64,000 nucleotides of DNA from Cetorhinus maximus (GCF_964194155.1 NC_135905.1:12152001-12216000), one strand, 5' to 3'. Positions 11,875 to 24,091 are shown, counted from the first letter of the stretch. The notes: a model not told the origin generated them from the letters alone. Numbers and translations: made by a program.

Positions 11875-12325
11875 TACAGCACAGAAGAAGGCCATTCTGC
11901 CCATTGAGTCTGTGCCAGCTCTTTTGACGAGCAAGCCAGTTATTTCCACTGCCTGGCTCTTCCCTCATATTTCTGCAATGTTTTTCCTCCTTCAAGTATT
12001 TACCAATTCTCTTTTTGAAAGCTGCTATTGAATCTTTATCCACCACTCGATTAGAGAGTGCATTCCAAATCCTATTCCCTCACTGCATTAAAAAAAAGCT
12101 TTTCCTCATGGTGGCCACTGGCTCTGATGCCAGTCATCTTAAATCTGTGTCCTTTAGTTATTGACCCTTTAACTATTGGAACCAGTTCCTCTTCCTGGAC
12201 TCTATCTAAACCCTTCATGACTTTGAACACAAATCTCCCCTTATTAGCTTTCTCTGCTCTAAAGAGAACAACCCCAGCTTCTCCAGAATGAATCCCTCAT
12301 CCCTGGGACCATTCTAGTAAAACAT
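11875..12325 (-). mobile_element. CR1 LINE 3' end fragment
   Basis: CR1 3' UTR motif (ACAGCACAGAAGAAGGCCATTC on +) plus ORF2 C-terminal remnants. Confidence 0.8.
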
Positions 12326-13459
12326 ATCCTTATAATGTTGCTTCTTGCTTCAGCAGTGCGCTAACCTATTTGAAATAAACAGACCGACCATCAACTCTAA
12401 ATTCCGAGAACTATCGAACTGAAACATTCGAAGAAAATGAAAAATAAAACACACCAATTTCTTTTTAGTGCCCATATGAATTTTCTCCCTGGTTTCCCGC
12501 AGTAATTACAGGTCATTAATCTTTAATTCCTGGAGACTGATGGACTATCCAGGAGACTTGGAGACTCTAGTTTAACCACAGCACGCCAATTTGACATCAT
12601 TGTTACTGGGCTGCTGAAACCACCACATATTTCTCTGACAACGGTGTTTAAGCACTTGTTTTCAAATGCTGTGCTGATGGTTTTTGCTATCATTTCTTTC
12701 CATCCATTTGAGTATTAAAGTGTAGGTCCTGCAGATGTAAAATCGTTTTGCACTGCACTGGGCTACATTAGTGACATTAACAAAAAATTATTTTTTGCTG
12801 TCTAATGTCTAGGAAGCAACCTCCCATGTATTAAATGTGTCCCAAAGCAAGCCTGCTAAATTAATATTGCAGAAGACCCTGATCTGGCAGAGAAAATAAG
12901 TAGAATTCCTAACGTTTCATTTGAAGATTAATATAGTGCAGGATTTTTGGCAGGAAATGCTTATAACTTTTGGGGTCAGAAGTTGCAATGTAATTTACCC
13001 TCACTGAAAATCTCTATTTAAGAATCATCGAGATAAAGATTAATTAATGTATTTGTGATTTCAGAATTTTTACTGGTTATGTTATTTGAATGGTACAGTA
13101 ATCAACTACAAGTCATTCCCTAAGCTTCAGTTGTAACCTCGCAATTGTAAATCTCTCAGTGTGATATCTGTGTGTACTGGGTGCAGCTGATTATACTTTG
13201 AAGGGGAATTTATACAGCAAGTTTAGCATTTTATACTTTGCCCCAATACAGACCGACAGTGTAAATCCAGAATCGGTATCCATTGTGATGCTGAGACAAG
13301 ACTCTCTGCTCTGCCCCATGGTACAATGTCAAAGCTGGTTTACAAAGAACTCAGGGCTTTGTGGAGCACCCCAGGCATTTTTTAAGAACTGCCTCACCTC
13401 AGTTTAAATGTTGGGGGATCTGTGACTCTCTGCTTCTGTATCTTTAAATATTTTGGGGG

Positions 13460-14360
13460 AAGATGGTGGCGTAGTGGTGATGTCACTGGACGAGTAATCC
13501 AGGGACAAAAACAAAAAATAGTTGGAAAGACTCAGCAGGTCTTGCAGCATCTGTGGAGAGGAAGACAGAGTTAACGTTTCAAGATGCTCTCAGACCTGTT
13601 GAGTTTTTCCAGCTATTTTTGTTTTTGTTTCAGATTTCCAGCATCCGCAGTATTTTGCTTTTATCTTAGTGAACCATAGGCCCAGGCTAATGTTCTGGGT
13701 GTAAGGGGATTGTGTCCCACCATGGCAGCTGGTGGAACTGGAGTTCAATTAATGATCTGGAATCTGAAAAAGTCTCAGTGACGGCGACCATGAAACCATT
13801 GTCAATTGTCGTAAAACCCACCAGGTTCACTAACGTCCTTTAGGGAAGGAAATCTGACGTCCTTACCTGGTCTGGCTCAGACCAGGGCCACAGCAATGTG
13901 GTTGACTCTTGACTGCCCTCTGAAGTAGTGTGGCAAGACACTCAGTTCAATGGCCAATTAGGGATGGGCAAAAAATGCTGGCCTTGCCAGTGACAGTTTA
14001 ACAGGGACGCAGTTTGAGAATAAGAGGTCTACCGTTTAATACGGAGATGAGGAGGGAAATTTTTCTCTCAGAGAGTCGTTAGTATGTGGAATTCTCTTGA
14101 TCCTGAGAAAGCATTGGAGGCTGGGTCATTGGATATATTCAAGGCAGAGTTAGACAGATTTTTAGGAGATTTAAGAGTAATGAGGGGTGAGGGGCTACGT
14201 GTGGATGGCAAAGTGGAGATGAGACCACAACCAGATCAGACATGATCTTATTGAATGTGGGGTAGGCTCAAAGGGCTGAATGGCCTACTCCTGCTCCTAT
14301 GCCCTATGTTCCAATGTTTCCAATGATGCCCACATCCATGAATGAATAAATAAATAAAAA
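13460..14360 (+). mobile_element. tRNA-derived SINE sharing its tail with LINE family B, interrupted by a PLE fold-back (13505-13670) and a CR1 3' end (~14000-14318)
   Basis: Head GGTGGCGTAGTGG; body matches 38275-38625; tail CAATTAGGGATGGGCAA..AATGCTGGCCTTGCCAG resumes as GATGCCCACATCCATGAATGAATAAA at ~14325. Confidence 0.8.
13505..13670. mobile_element. Penelope-like (family A) terminal fragment as a fold-back
   Basis: Inverted arms ~13505-13551 and ~13582-13628. The minus copy reaches GAAACGTTAAC but lacks the CTGATGA half. Confidence 0.8.
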
Positions 14361-14567
14361 TGAATTACTAATGGTGGTGCAGTGGCTATGTTACTGGACT
14401 AGTTATCCAGAGAATGTTAGTTAAAGTCTCCAACATGGTAGTTTGAGAAATTCAATTCAGTTTAAAACAGAAATCTGGAACTGATAAACTGGCATCAGTA
14501 AAAGTGACCATGAAGTTGTCATTAAAAAAAGTAGAATCTTGCGGACTTAGTATCTGCTAGCAAAGGT

Positions 14568-16162
14568 GGGACCATTTTCTGGGCCGGGATTGTGATTTTC
14601 TAATTGGGGAGCTTTGCTGAGGCTCTTTCCTAGAGCAAAGCCGCTGTCATCTCGCCTCTGGGTTCCTCAGACCAGCTAGTGAGGCTGGGCAGGACGATGT
14701 GTCCATTCTGTCAAAGGAAGGATCTCTAATTAAAAGGGCCACAGCAAGGGCTAGAATGGCTCACCTACACGTAGACTTTTGAGGCTCCAGGCAATGACAG
14801 AATGGAGAGGAGACCTGGAAAAGCTGCCACCCGGGTCTTTCACTCTTACCTGGGGGTCCTGCTGTACGATCGATGAGGTGACATCTCTAACCGGTCGGGT
14901 GTAGATTGACATGCCTGAGGAAGTGTGGACCCTCCAGCTTTGAGAGAGTTGCACTGTGGATTCAGGCCCTCAGGATGACACCTGCAGGCACCAAGCCCTG
15001 GCCTGCCCAAATTTCTCCTGTACATCTTGCCACATATCGACACACCTTGCAACTCCACTCATCTGAATCCCTGCAGGTGCTCGCGAATCCAGCTAAACAA
15101 CCAGCGCCGATGCTCTTGCACCCTTGCCTCAACTTCACCCTCCTTAAATAGGGCCCATCCCTCCTCTCCAAACAAGCACTCACATTACGAGCACTCACAC
15201 CTCTCTGTTTCCTCTGCTTGCAGGAGAAGATAGCGTACAACTTGGCAAGAGTCAAAGACGCGGGTTGGGGATTGGTGGTCGGGTGGCCCTCCAGTAACAG
15301 ACACCTTGTTGGCCACTGGCAATGCAAGCCTGCCTGGTCCACTGGGAAGGTGGTCTTGTTCCGGGGGGGCCTCAGATGTCAGCAGTGACCTCCCATGAAA
15401 GCCTGAGCCTCCCGAGGCTCTGGTCCTCAGACGTGCCGAGGCAGCCGAACCTCTGCTTGTAGGCTCTGTGTTGAGGTTTTTGCTTCCACCCATCTGCCCC
15501 TCCCCTCTGCCCTGGGGAGGGACATGTGGCTGGGGAAAAGGCAGCTGATGTCGTTGCTCCTGCTGCTGGAGTATTTGGCAGCAGTGTGGTTTCTGCTCTT
15601 AATCCTCAGCAGAGTTAGGAGGTGGAGCTGCTTAAACTGCTCCCATTCCATGGTGAAGGCTGGCGGTAGAGAGATGCAGCTGGAAGTGAATGAAATGCTG
15701 GACAGGCCTCCCAAGAAGTTGGCAATCACCCATCAAGGAGTAAAAGCACCCTCTAAGAGAAGAAATGCTTTGAATAGCAACCTCTCATCTGGCCATGGCT
15801 CTTGCATGTTAATGATAAAAGCCTTCCCAGCCTGCCAGTTTCACTACTGAAACCCTTTCTTCTGTGGAACATGCCTCTGTGACCCTGGTGAGGAGCAGAC
15901 ACAGTGTGGAACCTGGGCACTGTTGGGGGCGGGGTGGAAATAAAGGCATCCAGGGTTAAAAAAAACTCCTAACGGCCTTTTTAATTGACTCCATTGCTTT
16001 CCTGCAGCCCAAGGGAACTCCCCCAGTGGACTCAGAATTCAAGCTGGGGAAAGCCAGGAGTGGGAGAGATGATGTCGGGATCCCGATTTGATTTCAATTT
16101 CAGGGAAGTTGATTCCCCACATGCTCCGATACCGCCTCCACTTGACTGTGAAAACTCTGCCC
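14568..16162 (-). mobile_element. Decayed Harbinger-derived element (paralog of 42540-43631)
   Basis: Right end GAAAACTCTGCCC is a TIR of the GGGCAGAnTTTTC class. 15700-15990 aligns by eye with 43175-43480. Left boundary uncertain. Confidence 0.6.
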
Positions 16163-17699
16163 AAGCAGCTGACCAATACCCTTCAGGGAAGAGAGCCTCT
16201 TGTCCTTACCCGATCTAGCCTATGTTTGACTGCAGCCAAAAACCAAAGCGATTGATTTTTAGCAGGCCACTCAAATCTTTAAACTGCTACAAAGAATAAT
16301 GCCAGTGGTTCAAGAAGGCGGCCAATCACCATGTCCCCAGGGCAAATGGGGATGGTCAATAAATGCCTGCCTGTCAAGAGAGAGCTCTCAATACGCAGGC
16401 AAGCTCTCAAACCCCCACCCCACCGCCCAGCCAGATACAAACCAAGCAGTGTAAACAGTGTTCTGCTTGGTGGAACCCAAAATGCAGCTGTCAGCCATTG
16501 ACCAGTAGTTATAGCGTAAATACATCCAGAGACGGGGGAATTATGAAGTTCACGGTGTTTATATTATTAAAACAATAATAGGAAACCATGAATGATTCCT
16601 AGATGGGAATCTTACTGTGGGATTCATGTGACAGTTATGATAATGCACTAAGCTTCCTTCTCACAGCTGAGATTGTATCTGAAGCTGAGATCAGATTACT
16701 GTGTTGTGAGTACTCCCAGGTATCCATTATTCCCGGCAGTTATTTAATTGCACATTCCAACTTCTTCAAGCTTTCATCAACTGCTTTGTAAACCTTCTCC
16801 CATGAGCATATGCTGCTGTTGGACACGTTGCTTGAAGAGCTTGCAATCTGACACAGTCATGACCCTCAAAGCAAATCCAGGCTTCCCAAAGACATCCACA
16901 GGGTTGGCCTCACTGCCACTGACAAGAGTTTGACTGATGGACAAGCTGGGAGATTGGAATAGCTTTACCTGGTTTTCAAATTTCAGATCAAAGTATTTTA
17001 TTGGAAAGTGAAGTGGGATCAGTTCAGCGGGTGCAGCGAAGATACCTCTCGGGCATCAATACCCACCTAAAAACCATGGAAAAGTTGACGGACAGCTTCA
17101 AAACGCCAGCCACAGCCCTAGGAAACTGGCAATTCAGTGTCACAAAGTGAAAAGTAACACTGAATAAAGACCCCTACGAGGCTGAATCCATTAAATTATC
17201 CTCGTTACACCGAAATCACAATCCAAACTTCTGTTACCTTTTCAATGCAAACTGAAACCCGATGACCTCAAATGTGACAGATGAAAAGGAATAGTTACAA
17301 TGGGAGTGCAGTGGGACATGAACCTGCCATGACTGACACTGCAAACGTATATCCACATTACATTGGGTGCATTAATATTAGGCAAAATCAGAGCGCATGG
17401 AAGTATAATTTTTAATTATAATTATCATGGTCGACCTAGAAACTTTTATAGGGAGAAATGAACTCTGAAGCTGCAAAGTGGATTTTTTTGGCATTTTGGG
17501 GGAATGTCCTGTGAGGAAAATTAGATTTGTTTTTACACTTTTTGGTTATATTTCCCAACATTTGGAAGTATACTATATGTTTTAAATGTGTATATATATA
17601 TAAAAAGATTAAAATGGGCACACGGTGACATCCCTGGGTACTGGGGATAGGAAGCATCATGTGTAAGTAAATGATTCAGGGCAATAATGTGTGTGAATC

Positions 17700-17990
17700 A
17701 GAGATGGGGAAGGGAAATGTCTGGGATGAAGGCCAATGGTTTGTTAATGTACAGTGTTAGACTAACAGGTTCATTGCAGTCAAGCTCAGCTCGATAGTGA
17801 TGTTTGAAACCTGACCTCTTTCGTGACCTCACTCTGCTCCTCCATAGGGTACCTTCAGCCATTGAGGGCCCACAGTCCGAAATTCTCACCTGAAAACCCC
17901 TCCACATTTCCAGCTCCAAGATCCTTCTGAAAAATCCATGTCCTTGTCCAGGTTTTTGGTCACTCCTCCTAATATTCCCTCTTTTGCCAT
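17700..17990 (+). mobile_element. L2-like LINE fragment
   Basis: Similar (in reverse) to the L2-type sequence at 1560-1740. Confidence 0.45.
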
Positions 17991-20130
17991 AGAATCACAG
18001 TTACAGCACAGAAGAAGGCCATTTGGGCCATCATGTCCATGCCAGCTCTCTGCAAGAGCGACCCACCTGGTCCCACTCCCCTGCTTTTTCCCCACAGCCC
18101 TGTAATTTTTTTTTTTTCTATTCAGATACTAATCTAATTTCCTTTTGAGTGCCTCAATTGACTCAGCCTCCGCCACACACTCAGGCAGTGCATTCCAGAT
18201 CTTAACCGCTCGCTGTGTGAAAAAGTTTTCCCTCATGACGCCCTTGCTTCTTTTGCCAATGACCTTAAAACTGTGCCCTCTGGCTCTCAATCCTTCCAGA
18301 AATGGGAACAGCTTCTTCCTGTGTGCGCCTCATGAATTTGAATACCTCGATCAAATTTCCTCTCCACCATGGCCAAAATTTTCCGGTTGGCGTGAGGGTG
18401 GGCAGGCCCCGCACACCGACGCGTAAAATGACGTGCGGTGACATTGGGCGAGTGTCACGATGTCACCGCGATATTTAGGTGGGCGGGCACGTGATGTTCT
18501 CCGATGTGCGCCCGCCATTAATTAATCACCCAGTTAAGGCCCTTGAGGCATCAATTGACTGCAATTTTTCGGGGCCCATGAGATCTTCAGAAAGTCGCCT
18601 GGGCGCAATGGGCAGGCGGGTAGGAGACATTTGTATAAACCTCATCCACGGGCGGGATAAGAGGGGTGAGTGGGGTCGTGAGTGGTATTTGTCAGATATT
18701 TAATTGTAAAAGTTACAGATACTTGCCTGTGTGAGCAGGAATACTTCAAAACTCATACCAGCTGCTTGGACAGGACTCACAACCTTCAGGTCAGCACTCT
18801 ACAGTAAAGATCATTTCTGGAGCCTGCAGGTTTCAGGAAGCCTTCCCTTAGCCTGGGAATAGGAGTTGTGTTCTCCACTGGAGGCACCTCCTCTGAGGAA
18901 GTAGGGAGAGCCAAAAGGGGGAGGAGGCCAGGAGTCCACGTTCAGCCTCCAGGGAAGCCACCTTTGGGAGGACAGGCGCAGGCACAAGGGGTGCAGGGCC
19001 AACAGGAAGTCCAAGGCAGAAGGTGCCGCAGAAGACGCCACTATCCTGCTGCCAGGGTTTACAGGCGGGGAAGCAGCTACCTCAATATGTCTGAGGTGCA
19101 GTGCCAAAGGAGGCTCTGTCTCTCAAGGGAGACAGTCACCTCCATCTGTCAGGTGATTGGGCCTGAGATCTGCGCCAACTGTGTGGGTGGGCACCCCATG
19201 CCAGTGGCTCTAAAGGTCACAGCTGCCCTCCAGTTCTATGCCTCTGGCTCTTTCCAGGAGTCGGTGGGTGATCTTTGCGGAGTCTCCCAGTCAGCTGTCC
19301 ACACTTATGTCAAGCAGGTGACAGACGCTCTATTCAGGCGTGCACACACAGTGTGTCGGTGATAGTGGTTGCATGCTGCACTCTCCACAATCTTCCGCTG
19401 GAAAGGGGCGATGCAGTGGACGAAGAAGATGTCGACGCAGTGGCTGCAGCTGCACACGATGAGTCCAGCAGTGAGTCCGAGGATGAGCACGCACAGGAGA
19501 ATGCTGAGGGGGTAGACACTGACCCGGGCATACTGCAGGGAGGCAGGGACACCTGGGAGGCTTTAATCCAACAAACCTTCAGCTGGAACACACCACAGCT
19601 GGACCTCCAACACCAGCTAGGGCTGCAGGCTCCATGCTCGATACCTGAGTGCAAAATCTGCCTGGATAGGAACATTAACTCAAGGGCCTTGTCAATAAAG
19701 TTCAACGTCACAAAAATCACTCATAACATCATGGGTAACCGTCCACCTGCAGAAGAAAGAAGCCCTCTGGTGAGCCCTTCCACTTGCCATTGTGAGCAGC
19801 CTTTCCAAGGCTGCCAGCGCTTCATATAAACAGGCCGCCGGATCACCATTGGATCGGGTGGACAGTGCACTCCCACCACCGCCCACCCACTCCCGCTATC
19901 CTCAGGAGTCGCGCATTACACTGGGCGGGTTTTAATTGGCCCCGTAAAATGACGGCGCAGACCTGATCGCGGGCGATGGTCAGGTCTGCGCCTGCCCACA
20001 CCCGCTCCCGCTCAGCCCGCCCGACATGGGGAAAATTTTCCCTATGTCTTTCCTTCCAGAAGAACAGTCCCTGTTCCTCCTCACTGGAACCATTCTTGTG
20101 AATCTTTTTGCACCCCCTCTAAAGCCTTCA
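17990..20130 (-). mobile_element. CR1 3' fragment (17990-18370 and 20043-20130) split by a Harbinger insertion
   Basis: ...TACCTCGATCAAATTTCCTCTC | insertion | ...AGAAGAACAGTCCC...GGAACCATTCTTGTGAATC is collinear with the CR1 at 5740-5860. Confidence 0.75.
18371..20042 (+). mobile_element. Internally deleted PIF/Harbinger transposon with both TIRs; HARBI1-like nuclease lacking its catalytic core
   Basis: TIRs GGCCAAAATTTTCC and (rc) GGGAAAATTTTCC, flanked by CAT/TAT. ORF 18868-19362 RVYRRGSSYLNMSEVQCQRRLCLSRETV...ALKVTAALQFYASGSFQESVGDLCGVSQSAVH...VTDALFRRA jumps to the C-terminal VIVVACCTLHNL plus an acidic tail. Confidence 0.9.
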
Positions 20131-20903
20131 CTAATAATGGCAAATAATGATGACTTGGCACCCACTGATTTCTGATGACAACTTGGTGAAGCACCCTGGG
20201 GCATTTCTCTACGTTAAAGGCTCTATTGAAGTGCGGGTTGGTATTGATGGGGAGAACGCTGGATAGACCTAGTTAAGTGTGATGCTGATGCTTTCTACCT
20301 CAGGATCCATTTTGTTCATTGTTGCGTATCTGTGATGCCCAACAATACAAGTGTAGCGTGAACAGAGTTTTATTAATTTACAATTTTGTTTCACTAAAGT
20401 TTTAATCAGACCACAAAAAAAGTTCAGCATCCATATTTAACTCTTTGTTTTAAAAAGGGAGCATTGATGAAGGTATATGAGCTAATTCTGGATTCTGTTT
20501 GAATGCCCCACGCAGGACATAGGAAATAATAACATCTTGTTATTTTACTTTTCTGCTGATTAGGGCAAATTAGCATCACACGGTCCGGAAAGGTGACGGG
20601 CCAGTCTGAAATATCAGAGTTGATTTGGCCTCCATTTAAAACAGTATTTTTCTAACTCCACACAGTCCCAAGGGCATTGTTGCAGGATTTTCAAAATGAA
20701 TTCTATGTTCAACTATAATGTTTAAAGAATTAACAAGGATTTAGGGCTTAGTAGTATATAATAATGAAGAATATTATTCGTGCGTAACGGTAATTTATGG
20801 TTGAATAAGGATATGCCTCATTCCTAGATTTCCTGACAAGCTCCTCATTGCGAGGATCAGACTTTAAACCATAATGGCACGGAACAAACGCGAGAAGGAA
20901 CTA

Positions 20904-21088
20904 CGGAGAGGGATACTGTTGACGTTTCGAGTCCGTATGACCCTTCATCAGTTCTGATGAAGGGTCATACGGACTCGAAACGTCAACTGTAACCCTCTCC
21001 GCAGATGCTGTCAGACCTGCTGAGTTTTTCCCAGGTATTTTTCGTTTTTGTTCCAGATTTCCAGCATCCGCAGTATTTTGCTTTTATC
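20904..21088 (+). mobile_element. Penelope-like (family A) terminal fragment starting with a 98-bp palindrome
   Basis: 48-bp arms at 20904-20951 and 20954-21001 (inner 34 bp perfect) around TT, followed by the PLE tail ...CTGCTGAGTTTTTCC...CCAGCATCCGCAGTATTTTGCTTTTAT. Confidence 0.9.
20949..20989 (+). ncRNA. Minimal type-I hammerhead ribozyme motif (PLE-associated)
   Basis: Stem I CAGUU/AACUG; core CUGAUGA plus an extra A; stem II GGGUC/GACUC with AUACG loop; GAAA; palindromic ACGU stem III; GUC cleavage triplet. Confidence 0.75.
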
Positions 21089-21143
21089 TGAGAAGGAATG
21101 ATCTTGTCCTGGATGTCAGTGCTCCTTGACAGCTCACCCTTAC

Positions 21144-21345
21144 CCGGTGAGGAAGCTTCCAGAACAGCACAAAGCCAACCGACCCACTTCACAAAGTCAT
21201 CGACTAAGTCAAGCCTTGCACTAGGTGCTGCAAAGGGTATCTGTGCTGCTGCTTTTTCAGATTTATTTTCAGTGTCGAGAGAGAGAGAGAGAGAGAGAGA
21301 GTGAGCGACGGCTGAGAAAATCTCTCTGGGGAGGTGCAGTTTATA
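21144..21345 (-). promoter_or_regulatory. Candidate internal promoter and non-coding first exon of ARHGAP22
   Basis: Minus-strand TATAAA (21345-21340), CA initiator ~32 nt downstream (21313), (CT)n tract, then tandem donors CGG|GTAAGG (intron from 21143) and AGG|GTGAGC (from 21137). Confidence 0.4.
21276..21301. repeat. (GA)n microsatellite, ~13 units
   Basis: Directly visible. Confidence 0.95.
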
Positions 21346-21809
21346 AATACCTTGGAAGATTGCGCACAGAGCATCTGTTTCGAACAAAATCAATTCTGAT
21401 CCTGGTGACTTTGGCGCAGCAAAAGGATCTCTGTTGTTTCATCAGCATTAGTACCAAAACTTTAACTTGGTTTTCCAGCAACTGCTGGTTCCTCTTTTGG
21501 CTTTTCCCATGTTACATGAGGTCGGCGCAATGTTGTTTGATCATCTTCAAATGAACCATCGTTTTTTTTTGTTTGCATTTGGCAGGTGGCTTTACAAGCA
21601 GATGCTCTTCCTGTCACGATCCCTCCCATTTGTCTGGGCTGGGGAGCAGCACATGTCTGCACCAGTCTCTGTGTTCTTTCATAGCCAACAAGTCCTGGAG
21701 TGGGACTTGAACCCAGGGTCTTCTGGCCCGGAGTTAGGAGAATTATTTGCCTTGTGTGTTATAATGATACAAAGGGTACCAATCATTGATAAGGGATTGT
21801 GCAAACACG

Positions 21810-21900
21810 TTAGAACCATAGAACCATAGAAAAGTTACAGCACAGAAGGAGGCCATTCGGCCCATCTTGTCCATGCCAGCCCGAGGACACCCAGGTGCCC
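21810..21900 (-). mobile_element. CR1 extreme 3' end with tandem 8-mer tail
   Basis: TAGAACCATAGAACCATAGAA followed by ACAGCACAGAAGGAGGCCATTCGGCCC. Confidence 0.75.
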
Positions 21901-22099
21901 TTTCGTTGTAGGTTCATGTATTAAGAATAGGCACATGTGAACATATATACGTGGGTAGAAAGCTTGAGGGCATCAGAGCTGTGTGTGCTGTGTTCTGCTC
22001 CAGGCTGAAGTGAAACTGAGGCTCAGTGAGGCTTCCCCCCCTCCCCCCCCCCCCCCCCCCACCCCCCCCCCACCCCCCCACCCTCCCCCACCATCTCAG

Positions 22100-23460
22100 C
22101 ACCATTCCTGACAGGTGGAGCTATAGTGCTGGAGGCAACAGGTGAAGAAGCCTCCCAAAGGATCAAGCTCTCTTAAAGCCCATGTGGCTGCTGTTTCTCA
22201 GCAGCTTCTCAATGGTATGGGCCTCTTCACAGGGTGTTTGTGCGCTGCCCTCAGCCAGACGGGTGTCAGACGTTCCCAGACGCAATGTGAAGATCTCAGG
22301 AGTGTCCTCACTTCATCTCGTCATCATCCTCCTGGAATCTTGTGGCGATGAGGGCCTTATGAGTAAGCCTGCCTCGTCTGGCCAGTGCATTGGCCTCATC
22401 GCCTGCACCCTCGCCTTCCAGGACCTCATCACCCTCATCCCCTTTGACTTCCTGCTCATCGGAGCAGACTTGCAGCTCTTGCATCTCCTCATCATCCAGC
22501 TCCTCCCCCCTTTGCATCACCAGGTTGTTTAGCATGCAGCAAGCCACGATGATGCACTACACCCTCTGGGGAGCGTACTGCAGTGCTCCGACACATCTGT
22601 CCAGGCACCGGAGCCTCATTTTCAGGGTGCCAATGGTGTGCTCAACCAAACTCCGGCTTGCGGCATGAGCCTCGTTGTGACTTCTCTCACCAGGAGTCTG
22701 GGGCCACCGCATGGGCATCATCAGCCATGTCCTTCATGGGTAGCCCTTGTCCCCGAGAAGCCAACCCTGCATCCTGTGTGGTCCCTGGGAGACGTCAGGG
22801 ATCCGAGAGCTGCTGAGGATGTATGAGTTGCGGACACTTCTGTGGTATCTTGCACCCATCTGCATGGTCCGTTTGTTATGGTCAGAGACCAGCTGAAGAT
22901 TGAGAGAGTGGGAGCCTTTGCGGTTCACATACTGGACTGCTTGTTGCCAGGGAGATTTAAGAGCCACGTGGGCGCAGTCGATGGCCCCCTGCACCTGTGG
23001 GAATCCAGAAATCTGAGCAAATCCCAGCGCTCTTGCTCGCCTGATCTCTGTCGAAGTTGCCAAAGGTGTGTGCCTTGGCAAAGAGGGTGTCCGTGGCTGC
23101 CTGGATACGTTTACGGGTGGAGCCTTGCGAGATCCCGCAAAGGTCCCCAGTGGAGCCCTGGAAGGAGCCACAGCCGTAAACACTGAGCGCGGCGGTAACT
23201 TAGCGACTGGCAGTGGATGCCCTCTGAGTCCCCGTGGTGCCAACTCCTGCAGAAGGTGGCATATGTGTGCATGACCACATTGGCATGTGCAAGTGTCAGT
23301 GACACTGATTCGCGCTCATCTGCAGGTATCACACGCGCCATCTGTAGACCCTGTATCTAGTGATGCGTCTACGAATGATGACTGTGTGTGTGGAGGGGGC
23401 CGTGTGACCCCTTAGTCTTCAGGGTTCTGCTTCTCCCTTTGGCGAGCCAGGCACCTCCTG
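22100..23460 (-). pseudogene. Harbinger DDE transposase (HARBI1-like) pseudogene fragment
   Basis: GFPQVQGAIDCAHVAL...YVNRKGSHSLNLQLVSD...WLLGDKGYP (22734-23243), then VEHTIGTLKMRLRCLD and ACCMLNNL plus an acidic tail in other frames. Multiple frameshifts; no TIRs seen. Confidence 0.92.
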
Positions 23461-23828
23461 AGTAGGTCATTCGGCCCTTCGAGACTGCTCCGCCACTCAA
23501 TATGATCATGGTTGATCCTCTATCTCAACGCCATACTCCCGCTCTCTCCCCATAACCCTCGATGCCTTTAGAGTCTAGAAATCTATCTAAAGTATATAAC
23601 TTGGCCTCCACAGCCTTCTGTTGGAGAGAATTCCACAGGTTCACTACCCTCTGAGTGAAGAAGTTTCTCCTCATCTCAGTCCTAAATGGCCTACCCCGTT
23701 TCCTGAGACTGTGTCCCCTCATTCTAGGCCCTCCCCAGCCAGAGGAAACATCATCCCTGCATCTAGTCTGTCCAGCCCTGTCAGATTTCAATACGTTTCA
23801 ATGAGATCGCCTCTCATTCTTCTAAACT
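23460..23828 (-). mobile_element. CR1 LINE 3' end
   Basis: ORF 23525-23791 RGHSLRKRGRPFRTEMRRNFFTQRVVNLWNSL, then the 3' UTR. Confidence 0.92.
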
Positions 23829-23836
23829 TACATCAT

Positions 23837-24091
23837 TGTAATAATTATGGTTTTATTTAGTGTGTAATGTGCCTTTAAGAATAATACTTGTTAAGGAAGA
23901 TCACATGATCTGTAGTAACCAATAGGAGAGTAGCGCGGGCTACCTCAACAGTCAGTGTAGAGATAGAGTTGGAGGTGAAAGCACATGTGTCGTTGCTGCT
24001 GAGTATATTGTAAATAAACTTAATGTTTCCACCCAAGAAGTATCTGCAGATCAATTTTACCAATAGCAGCAACTGGGCCACCCTCACAACA
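23837..24091 (+). mobile_element. Probable solo LTR (Gypsy-type), ~255 bp
   Basis: TGT...ACA termini, internal CCAAT and AATAAA (~24013), degenerate 5-bp flanks ATCAT/ATTAC; it sits at the edge of a Deu-SINE fragment. Confidence 0.5.

Noticed and set aside
16969-17066. 98-nt minus-strand segment bounded by TTTTTAG and GTAAAG as possible ARHGAP22 exon 3
   Set aside because: The phase-0 reading hits TGA after 15 codons and does not resemble the PH continuation (G.I.LQG.QV.E...PGK.LFEI). At most a cryptic exon.
22100-23460. Host HARBI1 gene
   Set aside because: Multiple frameshifts, intronic position and several paralogous fragments nearby indicate a transposon relic, not the domesticated gene.
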